From an uncultured Candidatus Peribacteria bacterium (GTDB lineage: Bacteria > Patescibacteriota > Gracilibacteria > RBG-16-42-10), in NCBI GenBank assembly GCA_964514565.1, contig CAZERA010000001.1, forward strand, positions 124,001-188,000: 64,000 bases of DNA, in the 5' to 3' direction. This document shows positions 40,940 through 51,856 of the stretch, one piece after another. How positions within the stretch are numbered: the first letter of the stretch is position 1; each line of letters begins with the position of its first letter. Made by a program: the position numbers and the translations under genes. The notes beneath the pieces were generated by a model, which worked only from the letters and a program-made list of their open reading frames with translations, was not told where the DNA came from and made no database searches.

Positions 40940-40986
40940 AAAGACAATAACTTATCTCGCGCCCACTGTAGCACCTTATTTGTCTC

Positions 40987-41496
40987 TTAGCTAAATCGAT
41001 CGATGAAGAGCTGCCAAGCTAATGCCTTATTGGTTAAACTCAAATCTTTGATAAACTTTTTGATCTCAAATTCGCTAATATGTGCTTCTAGCCATTCTAA
41101 ATGTTTTTTGAGTGTGCTCAAAGAGATCTTGTCTAAGCAATACCAATAGTTTTTCTCAGCATAACAACTACTATCTGGAGTAGTGGTATAAATACCTTGA
41201 TTAAGTCCTAAATTGAGTATGCCGTCATAAAGCCAAATTTTGGCTAATCTTCGAGTGCTGTTTTTGAGATGAGGGTACTGTTGTTGTAGTTCTGCATCTG
41301 TGAAACTGTTTTGGCCAAGGGCCTGAGTACTTTTTCCTTCATCGATACATACAGCTACGATCGTGTGCACGATACCGATAGATGTGTTGTTTTCTAAACT
41401 AATAATATGTCCCACTTCCAAGCTTGAATCCTGATAAAGTTCAACAGTAACTTCAGGGTATTGAATCAGGATGATTTCACCTAGTCGTTGAGCCAT
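40987..41496 (-). CDS. Hypothetical protein, possible HAS-barrel domain
   Basis: 169-aa ORF directly downstream of trpS; LGEII..., GIV..., QYPHL pattern. Confidence 0.55.
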   Translation of the reverse strand: MAQRLGEIILIQYPEVTVELYQDSSLEVGHIISLENNTSIGIVHTIVAVCIDEGKSTQALGQNSFTDAELQQQYPHLKNSTRRLAKIWLYDGILNLGLNQGIYTTTPDSSCYAEKNYWYCLDKISLSTLKKHLEWLEAHISEFEIKKFIKDLSLTNKALAWQLFIDRFS

Positions 41497-41497
41497 A

Positions 41498-42475
41498 TTA
41501 ATCAGCTGAGATTAATCCTACTTTTTGGCGTACCAAGCTAATAGTAGAACGAGCAACTTGGCGGGCTTTTTCTCCACCTTTTTTTACGGCTGCTCGTAGC
41601 TCATCATCGGTGATTTCAGCATAACGTTTTTGCATTGGCGCAAAATAGGCTTGTACTTTTTCTAGCAAAATCTTTTTTGCTTCTCCATATCCCATCCCGC
41701 CTTTACGGAATTTATCTTCAACATGTCCAATGGTGGTAGGGTCAGCAACTAATCTGAGCAACGTTACAATCGTATTATTTTCTGGATCTTTTGGTTCATC
41801 TACTCCCAATGAATCTGTCTTGATCGACATGATTCTTTTTTCCATTCCTTTGATATCGGTAAATGGAGAAATAGTATTGTTGTATGACTTACTCATTTTT
41901 TCACCATCGATACCAGGGATACTCTCTACAGTAGGAATAATATAAGGCTCGGGTAACACGAAGGTCTCACCATAGTAGTGATTGAACTTCTCAGCTAGGT
42001 CTCTGGCAATCTCAATATGCTGTTTTTGATCCTTACCCACTGGTACTAGGTGGCTCTGATACATCAAGATGTCGGCTGCCATCAGTACAGGGTAATCAAA
42101 TAACCCGACATTGGCCTCTTTCCCTTTTGCTAATGCATCTTTGTAGGCATGTGCTCTTTCCAAAAGACCAAGAGGCGTTAGACAGTTGAGCACCCAAGCG
42201 AGCTCGGTGTGTTCCGGTACGTCAGATTGAATAAAGATATTCGACTTTTCAATATCAATGCCTGCTGCTAAATATTCTCTCAGGATATTCCAACTGTTTT
42301 GTTCCAAGTCTGGCGCACTACGCATTGTAGTGAGCGCATGATAGTTGGCGATGAAATAGAATCGATTACAATCTGCTTTATCTTGTAAGTCGACGTATTG
42401 TTTGATGGCGCCAAAATAGTTTCCTAAATGGGCGTGGTCACCAGTTGGTTTAATTCCTGAGATAATTGTTTGCAT
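41498..42475 (-). CDS. trpS: Tryptophan--tRNA ligase
   Basis: SGIKPTG, HLGN, YPVLMAADIL, VPVGKDQ, KMSKS. Confidence 0.98.
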   Translation of the reverse strand: MQTIISGIKPTGDHAHLGNYFGAIKQYVDLQDKADCNRFYFIANYHALTTMRSAPDLEQNSWNILREYLAAGIDIEKSNIFIQSDVPEHTELAWVLNCLTPLGLLERAHAYKDALAKGKEANVGLFDYPVLMAADILMYQSHLVPVGKDQKQHIEIARDLAEKFNHYYGETFVLPEPYIIPTVESIPGIDGEKMSKSYNNTISPFTDIKGMEKRIMSIKTDSLGVDEPKDPENNTIVTLLRLVADPTTIGHVEDKFRKGGMGYGEAKKILLEKVQAYFAPMQKRYAEITDDELRAAVKKGGEKARQVARSTISLVRQKVGLISAD

Positions 42476-42477
42476 AA

Positions 42478-43584
42478 CTATTTGGTTGCTTTACTTTTTG
42501 GTGGTAATGGAGCGGACTCTGCTGCTGCTGCATTGTTAGTAGCAGTAGTAATAGCTAAGTCTTTTTCTGCTTTGATAGCAGCTCGTGCTTTTTGGGCAAT
42601 CTCTTCTAAGAGCTTATTGTTTTGTTTCAAGAATAAACGAGCATTTTCTTTACCTTGGCCAATTTTGAGATCGCCATAGTTATAGAAATTTCCTGCTTTC
42701 TCAATGATGTTATACTTGGTGCTGATCTCTAGAATATCGCCGGCTTTAGAAATACCTTCATTATAAAGAATATCAAATTCAGCAGTCTTGAATGGTGCTG
42801 CTACTTTGTTTTTGACAATTTTAACCTTGGTGTGGTTACCAATGATTTCTCTTGTGTCTCCTGTACCGATTTCTAATTTGTCGCCCTTACGAACATCAAT
42901 ACGAACTGATGCGTAAAATTTTAAGGCATTTCCACCAGTAGTGGTCTCAGGATTGCCAAACATCACACCGATTTTTTGACGTAATTGGTTGATGAAGATC
43001 ACGGTGGTACCTGATTTGCTCACGATACCAGTAAGTTTGCGCAATGCTTGACTCATCAATCGTGCTTGGAGACCCATATGACTATCACCCATTTCGCCCT
43101 CGATTTCTGATTTTGGTACTAATGCTGCCACTGAATCGATGACGATGATGTCTACTGCGCCAGAACGAACTAACGTCTCAGTAATATCTAGTGCTTGTTC
43201 ACCATTGTCAGGTTGTGAGATCAAGAGGTTCTCTGTATCTACGCCCAATCTACGCGCATAGTCAGGATCGAAAGCATGCTCAGCATCAATAAAAGCAGCT
43301 AGTCCGCCGCCCTTTTGGCATTCAGCCACTACGTGCAAACTGAGTGTTGTTTTTCCAGATGATTCTGGACCAAAAATCTCGATGATTCTACCTTTTGGCA
43401 TACCGCCACCCAGGGCAATATCAAGTGAAAGACAGCCAGTAGAGATCATTTCTACAGACACACGACTAGCGTCACCCATAGTCATGATTGCTCCTTTGCC
43501 AAATTGCTTCTCAATTTGACTCATTGCTAGTTCGATTGCGCGTTTTTTATCTTTTGAAACAGATACAACTTCTGTGGTCGACAT
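42478..43584 (-). CDS. recA: Recombinase RecA
   Basis: [28 protein letters not shown]. Confidence 0.99.
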   Translation of the reverse strand: MSTTEVVSVSKDKKRAIELAMSQIEKQFGKGAIMTMGDASRVSVEMISTGCLSLDIALGGGMPKGRIIEIFGPESSGKTTLSLHVVAECQKGGGLAAFIDAEHAFDPDYARRLGVDTENLLISQPDNGEQALDITETLVRSGAVDIIVIDSVAALVPKSEIEGEMGDSHMGLQARLMSQALRKLTGIVSKSGTTVIFINQLRQKIGVMFGNPETTTGGNALKFYASVRIDVRKGDKLEIGTGDTREIIGNHTKVKIVKNKVAAPFKTAEFDILYNEGISKAGDILEISTKYNIIEKAGNFYNYGDLKIGQGKENARLFLKQNNKLLEEIAQKARAAIKAEKDLAITTATNNAAAAESAPLPPKSKATK

Positions 43585-43632
43585 AAGATTTGTTATTAAG
43601 CTTTTCGAGTGTAGGTGAGTATTATTACACCG

Positions 43633-44625
43633 TCAAGGTGAGTGGAGCTTTTTTATATCTTGACTGCGTTCCCGATCGCATACCAACAAACCATCTTTGG
43701 TATTTACAATGACCAGATTTTCTACCCCAATTACTTTTACTACCTTTTCCGTCTCGTTACGAATATAGCAGTTTGTAGCATCAAGGCTAGCTACATTGCC
43801 AATTGTCTCAATTCCCAATGCCTTGAAATCACCAATATCACTCCAACCTAAATTGTCAGTAGGGATAGTGGCCAAGTGATCTACTTTTTCTGAAATACTA
43901 TAATCAAGCGAGATCGCTTCTAGGGTTTCGTAAATGGTGTGCCAATTCTGAAAGTTATGAATAAGCGAGTGATAGGTTGTGGGCACAAACTTTTCTAACC
44001 ATTGCAGCATACTGCCCAGTGTCCAGATATAAATGCCACTATTCCAAACATATTGGCCCGAAGCGATATACTCTTGTGCTCGAGCTAGGTCAGGTTTTTC
44101 TACAAAACGTTCAGCTAACATTACTTCTTCTAGTAGTGAATTATTGTTGTATTTAATGTAGCCATACCCAGTCTCTGCATAAGCTGGCTTGATCCCAATC
44201 GTCACTAAGTAGCTAGGATTTTTCTCTAAAAAACGTTCTCCTAGGTGCAACAATCTACGTAGTTCTATTTCATTGCTGATTCGGTGATCGCAGGGGAGCA
44301 TCACTATAACACTATTCAAGTTTAGTCCTTTTTGTTGCATCAAAATCTGGCTAACAGCAATAGCCGGCGCATTGTCACGTTTGGATGGTTCAAATATGCA
44401 TTGATCTACTACTAATTCTGGTATGCTTTCTTGAATTAATTGTGCATGTCTCTTATTGGCCGCCAACCAAATATTGCTGTTGGGGATAATGGGGAGTACA
44501 CGTTCGTATGTAGTACGTAAAAGGTCTCGATTATCAAAAAAAGCCTGAAATTGTTTAGGTTTCTCTTCGGTACTGACTGGCCACAATCTAGTTCCTCCCC
44601 CTCCTGCCATAAGTAAAGCGTGCAT
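43633..44625 (-). CDS. manC: Mannose-1-phosphate guanylyltransferase
   Basis: MAGGGGTRLWP, PKQF, ETGYGYI, FVEKP, WSDIG. Confidence 0.92.
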   Translation of the reverse strand: MHALLMAGGGGTRLWPVSTEEKPKQFQAFFDNRDLLRTTYERVLPIIPNSNIWLAANKRHAQLIQESIPELVVDQCIFEPSKRDNAPAIAVSQILMQQKGLNLNSVIVMLPCDHRISNEIELRRLLHLGERFLEKNPSYLVTIGIKPAYAETGYGYIKYNNNSLLEEVMLAERFVEKPDLARAQEYIASGQYVWNSGIYIWTLGSMLQWLEKFVPTTYHSLIHNFQNWHTIYETLEAISLDYSISEKVDHLATIPTDNLGWSDIGDFKALGIETIGNVASLDATNCYIRNETEKVVKVIGVENLVIVNTKDGLLVCDRERSQDIKKLHSP

Positions 44626-44680
44626 AGCGAAAATTCAGTACTTTCAAAATAGCTGATCAATACGTAAAAGTCGAAACTGT

Positions 44681-45484
44681 TTAAACTAGATTTTTGAGCA
44701 AGGATTTTTCTAATCTCTTGCAAACATGTTGTTTTGAATCTTCACTCAAAGCATCAAGTGAAAGAAACGGCATCATGTCCTCTATCTCCATCAAAAAGAG
44801 TTCACCATTTGCCATCCGACAAGCATCAATTCTTTGTAGTCCAAAGGGAAGATGATTCCAGTCTACAAACTTCTTGGCCCAATCAATTTCATTCTGGGTA
44901 GGGGAGTATTCTACTAATTCCCATCTTTGGTCTGGCTCTGAGGATACAAGGGTATAAGTTAAATGATCATCAATGAAGTAAAAAGAAACTTCATCTTGAA
45001 AGTGGAGCTTGGGTTGGATGATATGCTTGAGCGGATTTCTATTTAGCAACTGGTTTAGACTCATTACTTCTACTCCCCAAGATGATGCCCCATCTAATGG
45101 TTTTATTAAGTACTCATCAGTGACAGGCAGTTGGGCGATTTCTTTACTGAACCGTACTGATGGTATGACGGGATAGCCGGCTTTAAACAATTCAACTAAG
45201 TAATTTTTGTCCTCTACATATCCGTTGCGATGAATGGGGTTGTAGAGCTTTATTTTCTTTTCAACACACATCTTTTGAAACTGTTCAAATTCAGATTTAA
45301 ATAATCTACTTGGCCAGGCATTACGAACCAGACAGCCATCAAAATTTGATACAATGCCAATAGCATCAGCTACTGAACAAATAGTTACCGTAAAATTATT
45401 TTGCAAATAGTAAGCGAGATATTGGTCCTCTTCGGGGTCTGTATTTTCTTGGTTGGTCACAAGAAGTAAACGAGGGGTGATCAT
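44681..45484 (-). CDS. ATP-grasp fold protein (RimK/glutathione synthetase-like)
   Basis: EDKNYL, IKPLDGASS, IIQP, RIDA, LMEIE. Confidence 0.75.
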   Translation of the reverse strand: MITPRLLLVTNQENTDPEEDQYLAYYLQNNFTVTICSVADAIGIVSNFDGCLVRNAWPSRLFKSEFEQFQKMCVEKKIKLYNPIHRNGYVEDKNYLVELFKAGYPVIPSVRFSKEIAQLPVTDEYLIKPLDGASSWGVEVMSLNQLLNRNPLKHIIQPKLHFQDEVSFYFIDDHLTYTLVSSEPDQRWELVEYSPTQNEIDWAKKFVDWNHLPFGLQRIDACRMANGELFLMEIEDMMPFLSLDALSEDSKQHVCKRLEKSLLKNLV

Positions 45485-45488
45485 TTAC

Positions 45489-46349
45489 TTAACTAATTAA
45501 TAGCTTTTCCAGAGAGTCTAATTCCGCCATTGTTGTATCTCTATAAAGAGTTCGTCTGTCTTCATTGTGAAACTTCAACATAGTATCGCTAATGATAATA
45601 GAACTTTCTGGTCCCAATGCCTTTGCTTTAGTACGTGACCTTGCAAGCATTGGAATACGAACTAGTTGGTTGGCCAAATAGGGCACAAAAGAAAACTGTT
45701 TATTCTTCAGCACATGTGAACCTTTAGTCGTAAGTGCTGGTAGCATTTTTTTTACCCATTGATTTTGCCTCAACCAGTCTGTGTGATGTTTGCCAAAAAG
45801 TGGGATTACGTTCGCTAGCCAATAGTGTAAATAGAGGTCTTCAGGTAAAGCTATTTCTTGCATATTGATATTGTCGGCTGTGACAAAGAAACTTAAACAG
45901 ATTTGTTCTTCGATGTTGCCAGGTTTTCGCCTTAGTCCTGCTTTTTCTAAAGCAGCTGTGAGTTTCAATCTAGCCCACCATAAAAGTTTAGGCTCGCAAA
46001 TTACTACTAGATCGATATCACTGGTTGGTTTCAAGGCCCCTAGGCTATAAGAATTTACTAAGAGGATGTCTTTAATTTCTGGAATGGCCTGCACGATTAA
46101 CTTTAATTGTTTGATGTTACGCTCCAAATTTTCTTTTAGTTCGCGATGTTTTTTTGTTTGTTCTGCATTTCTTTTTTGTTCTTCACCTAAGTGTTTTTCA
46201 TAAATCTTGATGGCCTCCTGCCATTCAGTGTCATTTAAAATCTCACTACAAGTAAGCGCTCGGATTTGGTTTAAACTATAAGATCCTTTGATCGCACGGT
46301 AAAAAGCAATTGGGGTCAGGAATGCTCGTAGCTTTGTTTTAGATAGCAT
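45489..46349 (-). CDS. Nucleotidyltransferase-domain protein
   Basis: NSYSLG...SDIDL (pol-beta-like DxD motif), ICLSFFV, LKFH..D.R. Confidence 0.7.
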   Translation of the reverse strand: MLSKTKLRAFLTPIAFYRAIKGSYSLNQIRALTCSEILNDTEWQEAIKIYEKHLGEEQKRNAEQTKKHRELKENLERNIKQLKLIVQAIPEIKDILLVNSYSLGALKPTSDIDLVVICEPKLLWWARLKLTAALEKAGLRRKPGNIEEQICLSFFVTADNINMQEIALPEDLYLHYWLANVIPLFGKHHTDWLRQNQWVKKMLPALTTKGSHVLKNKQFSFVPYLANQLVRIPMLARSRTKAKALGPESSIIISDTMLKFHNEDRRTLYRDTTMAELDSLEKLLIS

Positions 46350-46350
46350 C

Positions 46351-47031
46351 TTATTTCCAAGCTAAACGGTAACCAAAACCGCGAATGGTTTGTACATACT
46401 GTTCACCTACTGGACAGTGTTGGTGCAACTTCTTGCGTAGGAAATTGATGTAGACATCTACTTTGTTGGTGTATGGATCCACGTACATATCCCAAATATG
46501 TTCGAGAATTTCATCTCGACTAAAGGTTTTTTCAGGTACCTCCATTAGTAATTCCAGTAATCGGTACTCTTTGGGAGATAGGGCTACGTCCTTACCATGG
46601 AGTTGTACCGTCATATGTCGTTTGTTGAGCTGGATGTTTTTATAAGTAGAAATTGCCAAAGCAATAGGGCGTTCTTTACGACGGTTGATCGCATAGAGTC
46701 GAGCTATAAATTCTCTTGCATCAGTTTCTTTGTTGATTACATCATCTGCCCCAGCATCAAAAGCACTAATGGTAGTGTAATGATCAGTAATCAATGAATA
46801 GATCACGATAGGAATAGTGAGATTGCGAGATCGAATCTCTTTGCATATCTCCAACATATTGCTCTCTCTCAATACTACCTCGGTAATCACGCAGTCATAA
46901 TGGCTGTGATTGAGTAAGTACAACAAATCTCCCTTGGTAGCGACTATGTCCACTGTATAATGCAGTGGTAGTAGTAGTCCTTTTGTACGCAGTGACGAAT
47001 CTGGAACATCATCTACCAAGAGAATTTTCAT
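46351..47031 (-). CDS. OmpR-family regulator with atypical receiver (Asp replaced by Glu)
   Basis: MKILLVDD, YDCVITEVVL, GADD, wHTH IRGFGYRL. Start ATG 47031. Confidence 0.88.
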   Translation of the reverse strand: MKILLVDDVPDSSLRTKGLLLPLHYTVDIVATKGDLLYLLNHSHYDCVITEVVLRESNMLEICKEIRSRNLTIPIVIYSLITDHYTTISAFDAGADDVINKETDAREFIARLYAINRRKERPIALAISTYKNIQLNKRHMTVQLHGKDVALSPKEYRLLELLMEVPEKTFSRDEILEHIWDMYVDPYTNKVDVYINFLRKKLHQHCPVGEQYVQTIRGFGYRLAWK

Positions 47032-47056
47032 GTTGTGACCGGCTAAAATGGTGTGT

Positions 47057-49678
47057 TTAAGCAGCAGCTTTAGCAACAGTTTTGGTGGTGCGGGGTTTCT
47101 TCACTATCTTATATACTAGTTTTTCGCCATTTGGGCTAGTGGTAAATTGCACGGTATCCAGTGGTTTGATGTCTTGATTGAGTAATCCATCAGATAAAGC
47201 GTCTTCAATATGTTCTTGAATTGCTCTGCGCATTGGTCTAGCACCGAAGTCTTTACTATAGCCTTTTGTTGCCAAAAAATTTTCCGCAGCATCCGTGAAC
47301 TTAATAGTTAGCTGATGTTCATTGAGCCGTTTCTGGAGTTTGTCGATTTCCAACTTCACGATCGCGTGAATATGTTCTTTGGTGAGGGGCCTGAACACGA
47401 TTGATTGGTCGATACGATTGAGGAACTCTGGGGTGAAGTGTTCTTTCAATTCATCAAGTACCGTGCTTTTAATCTTGTCATAATTCTTTTCGTCTTCCAG
47501 CAATGCCTCGTCGCTATCAAACCCAATCTTTGATGCTTCTTTGGTCAGTCTTTGAGCTCCGATATTAGAAGTCATGATGATAACTGTATTGCGGAAGTCG
47601 ATTTTACGACCACGGCCGTCAGTTAGTCTGCCTTCTTCTAGAATTTGTAGCATCAGATTGAATACTTCATGATGAGCCTTCTCAATTTCATCAAAAAGGA
47701 TAATTGAATAAGGTTTGCGACGCACAGCTTCAGTTAGCTGTCCTCCTTCCTCATAACCTACGTATCCCGGAGTAGCGCCTACTAGTCTAGATACATTGTG
47801 TCTTTCCATAAACTCACTCATGTCCACCGTGATCACTGCGTCTTCGCTATTGAAAATCTCGCGAGCTAAAGATTTTACTAATTCAGTTTTTCCTACACCG
47901 GTAGGCCCCAAGAAAATGAACGATCCGATTGGTCGTTGATGGCTAGCCAAACCTACTCTTGAGCGACGGATGGCTCGAGAGATAGCAGAGATCGCTTCTG
48001 TCTGACCAATCACTTGTTTCGCTAGGGAGGCTTCTAGGCTGACTAATTTGTCAGTTTCGTTTTTGAGTAAGCGAGTCAAAGGAATGCCAGTCATTAGTCC
48101 AATTACTCTAGCAATATCTTCCTCTGTGATTTGTTGCACTACTTCTGGTGCTGGGGTATGCGAGAGTTTTTCTTGATGAATTTCTTCCAATAATTTTACT
48201 TCTTGTTCACGCATGTTGGCAGCTGTCTCATAATCTTGAGAAGCAACAGCCTCTTCTTTCTTACTAACAATCGTAGAAAGCTTTTTCTGGAGTTTCTTCA
48301 AGGTATCAGTCGTTCGATGTGAGCGTACGCCTTTTTGGGAAGCTGCTTCATCGATCAAGTCAATCGCCTTATCAGGCAAGAATCGGTCGCCTACATAGCG
48401 TTTAGACATATTTACGGCAGCATTGATGGCGCTATCAGTGATTTTGAGTTGATGATGTTCTTCAAATGCTTTTTTGAGGCCGTGCAAGATAGTGATGGTG
48501 TCTTCTATTGATGGTTCTTCTACTACTACTGGTTGGAAACGGCGCTCCAAGGCAGCATCATTCTCAATATATTTGCGGTATTCATCGATCGTAGTAGCTG
48601 CGATCACTTGAATCTCCCCACGTGAAAGTGATGGTTTTAAGATATTCGCCGCATCCATACCACCTTCAGAGCTACCTGCGCCGATGATAGTGTGAAATTC
48701 ATCGATAAAAAGTACTACATTGCCTGCTTCACGAGCTTCATTGATTACCGCTTTGATGCGCTCTTCAAATTCACCACGATACTTGGTGCCAGCCACTAGA
48801 GCTGCCATGTCCAGGGTCAGGATCCGCTTGCCTAGTAAACTATCAGGAATATCTTCACTCACTATTCTTTGAGCTAGCCCTTCAGCAATCGCTGTCTTAC
48901 CCACACCAGGCTCACCAATCAAGATCGGGTTGTTCTTGGTGCGACGGTTGAGAATACTCACTACTCGTCCTATTTCTTTGTCCCGACCGATAATGGGATC
49001 CATTTTTTTATTACCACGTGCCTTGGCAGTAAGATCAATCGTGAAATAACTAAGAGCAGGGCTGTCTTTCGCATCGTTTTTCTTGGTCCGTTCTGCTACT
49101 GCAGATCGTCCATTGCGAGGAGGTGTATTCACGCCTTGCATTTGATTGAACATATTGCCTAAGAAATTGCCAAAGAAAGCTTCTAGTGGATCATTCTTTG
49201 TTTCACCATCACTTGTTTCTTCGCTTGGTCTTTGATCGCGAAATAATTTCTCGATATGTTCTTTAATTTTGGTGGGTGGTACCTGTAAACTTTCTAATAC
49301 AGAGGCAGCAGCGGTTTGCTTTTGGGATACCAACGCTAGCAGTAGATGTTCAGTACCCACAAAACTATGGCCATATTTAAATGCCATTGCTGTTGCGTTC
49401 TCGATAATTTGTTTTGCTAGTTCTGATAGGCCGTTTTTGAGCACATCTTTGTCTGCCACTTGGTGTCCAGTGCGCATATAAAGAATATTGCCTACATTTT
49501 CTTTAGTAATTCCCATACTAGTCAGAATTGTACAGCCCAAAGCATTACTTTGATCCAAAATACCGAGCAGGATATGCTCAGTGCCGATAAAAGGAAGCTT
49601 CATTTCTGCTGCTGCTTTTTGCGCTACGATCAAGGCTTGTTTGGCTTCAGGTGTAAATTTATTGAATTGGTTACTCAT
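47057..49678 (-). CDS. clpC: ATP-dependent Clp protease ATPase subunit ClpC
   Basis: Two Clp-N repeats, [11 protein letters not shown]-like [23 protein letters not shown] loop. Confidence 0.95.
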   Translation of the reverse strand: MSNQFNKFTPEAKQALIVAQKAAAEMKLPFIGTEHILLGILDQSNALGCTILTSMGITKENVGNILYMRTGHQVADKDVLKNGLSELAKQIIENATAMAFKYGHSFVGTEHLLLALVSQKQTAAASVLESLQVPPTKIKEHIEKLFRDQRPSEETSDGETKNDPLEAFFGNFLGNMFNQMQGVNTPPRNGRSAVAERTKKNDAKDSPALSYFTIDLTAKARGNKKMDPIIGRDKEIGRVVSILNRRTKNNPILIGEPGVGKTAIAEGLAQRIVSEDIPDSLLGKRILTLDMAALVAGTKYRGEFEERIKAVINEAREAGNVVLFIDEFHTIIGAGSSEGGMDAANILKPSLSRGEIQVIAATTIDEYRKYIENDAALERRFQPVVVEEPSIEDTITILHGLKKAFEEHHQLKITDSAINAAVNMSKRYVGDRFLPDKAIDLIDEAASQKGVRSHRTTDTLKKLQKKLSTIVSKKEEAVASQDYETAANMREQEVKLLEEIHQEKLSHTPAPEVVQQITEEDIARVIGLMTGIPLTRLLKNETDKLVSLEASLAKQVIGQTEAISAISRAIRRSRVGLASHQRPIGSFIFLGPTGVGKTELVKSLAREIFNSEDAVITVDMSEFMERHNVSRLVGATPGYVGYEEGGQLTEAVRRKPYSIILFDEIEKAHHEVFNLMLQILEEGRLTDGRGRKIDFRNTVIIMTSNIGAQRLTKEASKIGFDSDEALLEDEKNYDKIKSTVLDELKEHFTPEFLNRIDQSIVFRPLTKEHIHAIVKLEIDKLQKRLNEHQLTIKFTDAAENFLATKGYSKDFGARPMRRAIQEHIEDALSDGLLNQDIKPLDTVQFTTSPNGEKLVYKIVKKPRTTKTVAKAAA

Positions 49679-49705
49679 AATTTGTACGCGTGAAAAGTAA
49701 AAGTA

Positions 49706-49732
49706 TTAGCACTCAAACCATTATACTGCTAA
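49706..49732. promoter_or_regulatory. CIRCE-like element overlapping the clpC -10 box
   Basis: TTAGCACTC-N9-TACTGCTAA; minus strand reads TTGCAA-16-TATAAT. Confidence 0.75.
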
Positions 49733-49838
49733 GTGTGATTTTTGCAATAAAGAATTAGCGATTCTTGAGCACTATTGTCAGGCTGCTCTTAGTTTTTTGC
49801 AACCAAGCTTTATTTCTTTCCCTTGTCAAAATAAAATG

Positions 49839-50786
49839 CTACTGACCACTGCTCAAGATTTTTAGTAATTGTTGACTATCAATTACTTGTTGAGGTGCGG
49901 GGATCACCAAGGGTGAAGTTAGCGCTTGGCTTTGTAGCTCAAGTTTATAGGTGATCGCAATGCTGGTACTGCTATTGAGCTGGCCTTGGAGAGCAATAGT
50001 GCCAAACATGTTCTTAATCATGCCAGTGTCTTGGCTTAAGAAAATTGTTCCCTGCCATTGTAACAGTGGCAAGAGTCGTAGATATTCTTCTCGAGTAGCG
50101 GCATCCATCTGTGCAATGGTTTCTGGTTGCTTTAAATAAGCTAAGAGCTTTTCAGTGTCTAGACTCACGGCCACTTGATAGGCTTTTTCATCAGCTGTTT
50201 GGACTAGGGAGATATCATTGATTTGAAGATATTGTAGATAATCACTGATGTTGGCTAGGTGGGTGGGGAAGAGTGAGTTGAGCGCTTTTTGTATGGGCCA
50301 ATAACTACCACTACCCGGCAAGGTAAACCAAATATTACTGAGGGGGGCCACGTTAGTATTGAGATTCTCACTTTCTGGTCCAGAAAACTGAGTGCTAATC
50401 AGCCTAAATAAGATTTGGGTGCTAGTACTGACCGTGTCTATATTGGCAATACCTCTAGTGTGGTCAGTTGAAGTAATGTCGCTAGTAGGAATATCAATAC
50501 TGAAGGTACCTTGACCACGAATGGCGTGATTGTCTTGATCAAACTGGCCATTGAGGTTGAGACCCAGGGCGTCTTGTTGTGTGGGGCTTATCATCTTCAT
50601 GTCAGCTGAGAGTTTGAATGTCCCTTGTGATGTAAGCATTAGTTGATTGAGTCCTTTCTCAATCAAACTTCTCCCATCAGGGGCCACTACCATTACTGGT
50701 TTTTCTAGAGCTGGGGCCTCAAAAAGACTACAACCAGAAAGTAAGGCTGTACTACAGAGTATGATCCAGAGCTTTGCTCGTTTCAT
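49839..50786 (-). CDS. Lipoprotein, possibly LppX/LprG/LolA-like beta-sheet fold
   Basis: Lipobox LSGC; alternating beta strands; W motif in NIWFTL; ends LVIPAP. Confidence 0.55.
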   Translation of the reverse strand: MKRAKLWIILCSTALLSGCSLFEAPALEKPVMVVAPDGRSLIEKGLNQLMLTSQGTFKLSADMKMISPTQQDALGLNLNGQFDQDNHAIRGQGTFSIDIPTSDITSTDHTRGIANIDTVSTSTQILFRLISTQFSGPESENLNTNVAPLSNIWFTLPGSGSYWPIQKALNSLFPTHLANISDYLQYLQINDISLVQTADEKAYQVAVSLDTEKLLAYLKQPETIAQMDAATREEYLRLLPLLQWQGTIFLSQDTGMIKNMFGTIALQGQLNSSTSIAITYKLELQSQALTSPLVIPAPQQVIDSQQLLKILSSGQ

Positions 50787-50789
50787 GAG

Positions 50790-51404
50790 TTATGATTGAG
50801 AAGTTTTTGCTTTAAACTTTTTACCTTTCCATTCTGGGCGGGGAATAAAAGCAGGAAAAACTGGTTTGACTCCCGTGCCTTTTGCCTCTTCTATCAATCG
50901 CATCAGCTTGGTGATGTAGTGATGAATGTCGCGAGGATTTGGGATGTATTGGGCAGTAAATTGGCCACCACCGATTACTTGCAGTTTGCCATAGTTGAAT
51001 AAACCATGGAAAAAGTTTTCGTAACTAAAAGATGTGTCTTTGATCCCATCTAATCTCAATTCACGGGTGTAGTTGTTGAAAAAGCCTTTTGGTACAATTT
51101 TTACTATTCGAGAATCAGTGATCAGACAGATAGAGCGATACCAGAGTGACCAAGCAGCCATCACACTAGTAATGACGGCTAGAATAAAGAGCGAAAAGAA
51201 TGCATTGCCTAGGCTATTGGAATAAGTCAGCCCACTGATACGCATTACCAAGTATCCCACTAGTCCAACAGCGATTGCTGCCCCCACATACACTACGAAA
51301 AGCTCAGCTATGCGACCAATCAAACGTAATACATGTCGGTGTGAGCGAAATAAAATCACCTCATCTTTACCTTGGCCGGCAAAACGACAAAAGCTATAAC
51401 GCAT
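50790..51404 (-). CDS. Membrane protein with bacterial PH (bPH_2-like) domain
   Basis: Two TMs then LITDSRIV..GFF..ELRLDGIKD..FNYGKL..IPNP. Confidence 0.75.
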   Translation of the reverse strand: MRYSFCRFAGQGKDEVILFRSHRHVLRLIGRIAELFVVYVGAAIAVGLVGYLVMRISGLTYSNSLGNAFFSLFILAVITSVMAAWSLWYRSICLITDSRIVKIVPKGFFNNYTRELRLDGIKDTSFSYENFFHGLFNYGKLQVIGGGQFTAQYIPNPRDIHHYITKLMRLIEEAKGTGVKPVFPAFIPRPEWKGKKFKAKTSQS

Positions 51405-51405
51405 A

Positions 51406-51603
51406 TTAGTAACTAAGATAGTAAGCGAAAAAATTGATAGCAGCACTGACAAAAACTAGTGTCCAAAGCACCGTCAGAATAAATACTGAGGGCATAGCAC
51501 TGGGACCTAGATTGCGCTGTCTATAAAGCTGTACTGCTGAAACCATATGCACGGCCATGAGGACGACAACAATGGCGAGGAATAAAACTAATAAGATGGT
51601 CAC
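51406..51603 (-). CDS. Small two-TM membrane protein
   Basis: 65 aa, two hydrophobic stretches, abuts the next gene, upstream TGCTACACT -10. Confidence 0.55.
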   Translation of the reverse strand: MTILLVLFLAIVVVLMAVHMVSAVQLYRQRNLGPSAMPSVFILTVLWTLVFVSAAINFFAYYLSY

Positions 51604-51689
51604 AGATGCAAGTTAGCGGTCTTAGTGTAGCAAAGTCCTGCGGCTTGTCGAGATAAGCTTAATGATAAGGTACGGCTAATGTGAAAGCT

Positions 51690-51797
51690 AGTTAATAACT
51701 AATAATGAATAGTGAAAAGTTTAGCGGCTAACAGTCCGCAACCCGGAGAACTGTAGTCGCTAAACTATTAGTTTTTAATTATTCATTATTCACTATT
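51690..51797. repeat. Intergenic inverted heptamer-arm element (family B) with long nested stem
   Basis: AATGAAT AGTGAAA AGTTTAGCGGCT..ACAGT..CCG-caacc-CGG..ACTGT AGTCGCTAAACT..ATTCATT ATTCACT. Confidence 0.85.
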
Positions 51798-51856
51798 ATG
51801 ATTTGAGCTTAGTACCTAGTAAACCAATATGCTACAATGAAGAGAAGTACCAAAGT

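Noticed and set aside
51604..51800. tRNA, riboswitch or known ncRNA in this structured intergenic region
   Set aside because: No cloverleaf, T-loop or recognisable aptamer consensus; the structure is accounted for by the repeat element. An Rfam scan would settle it.
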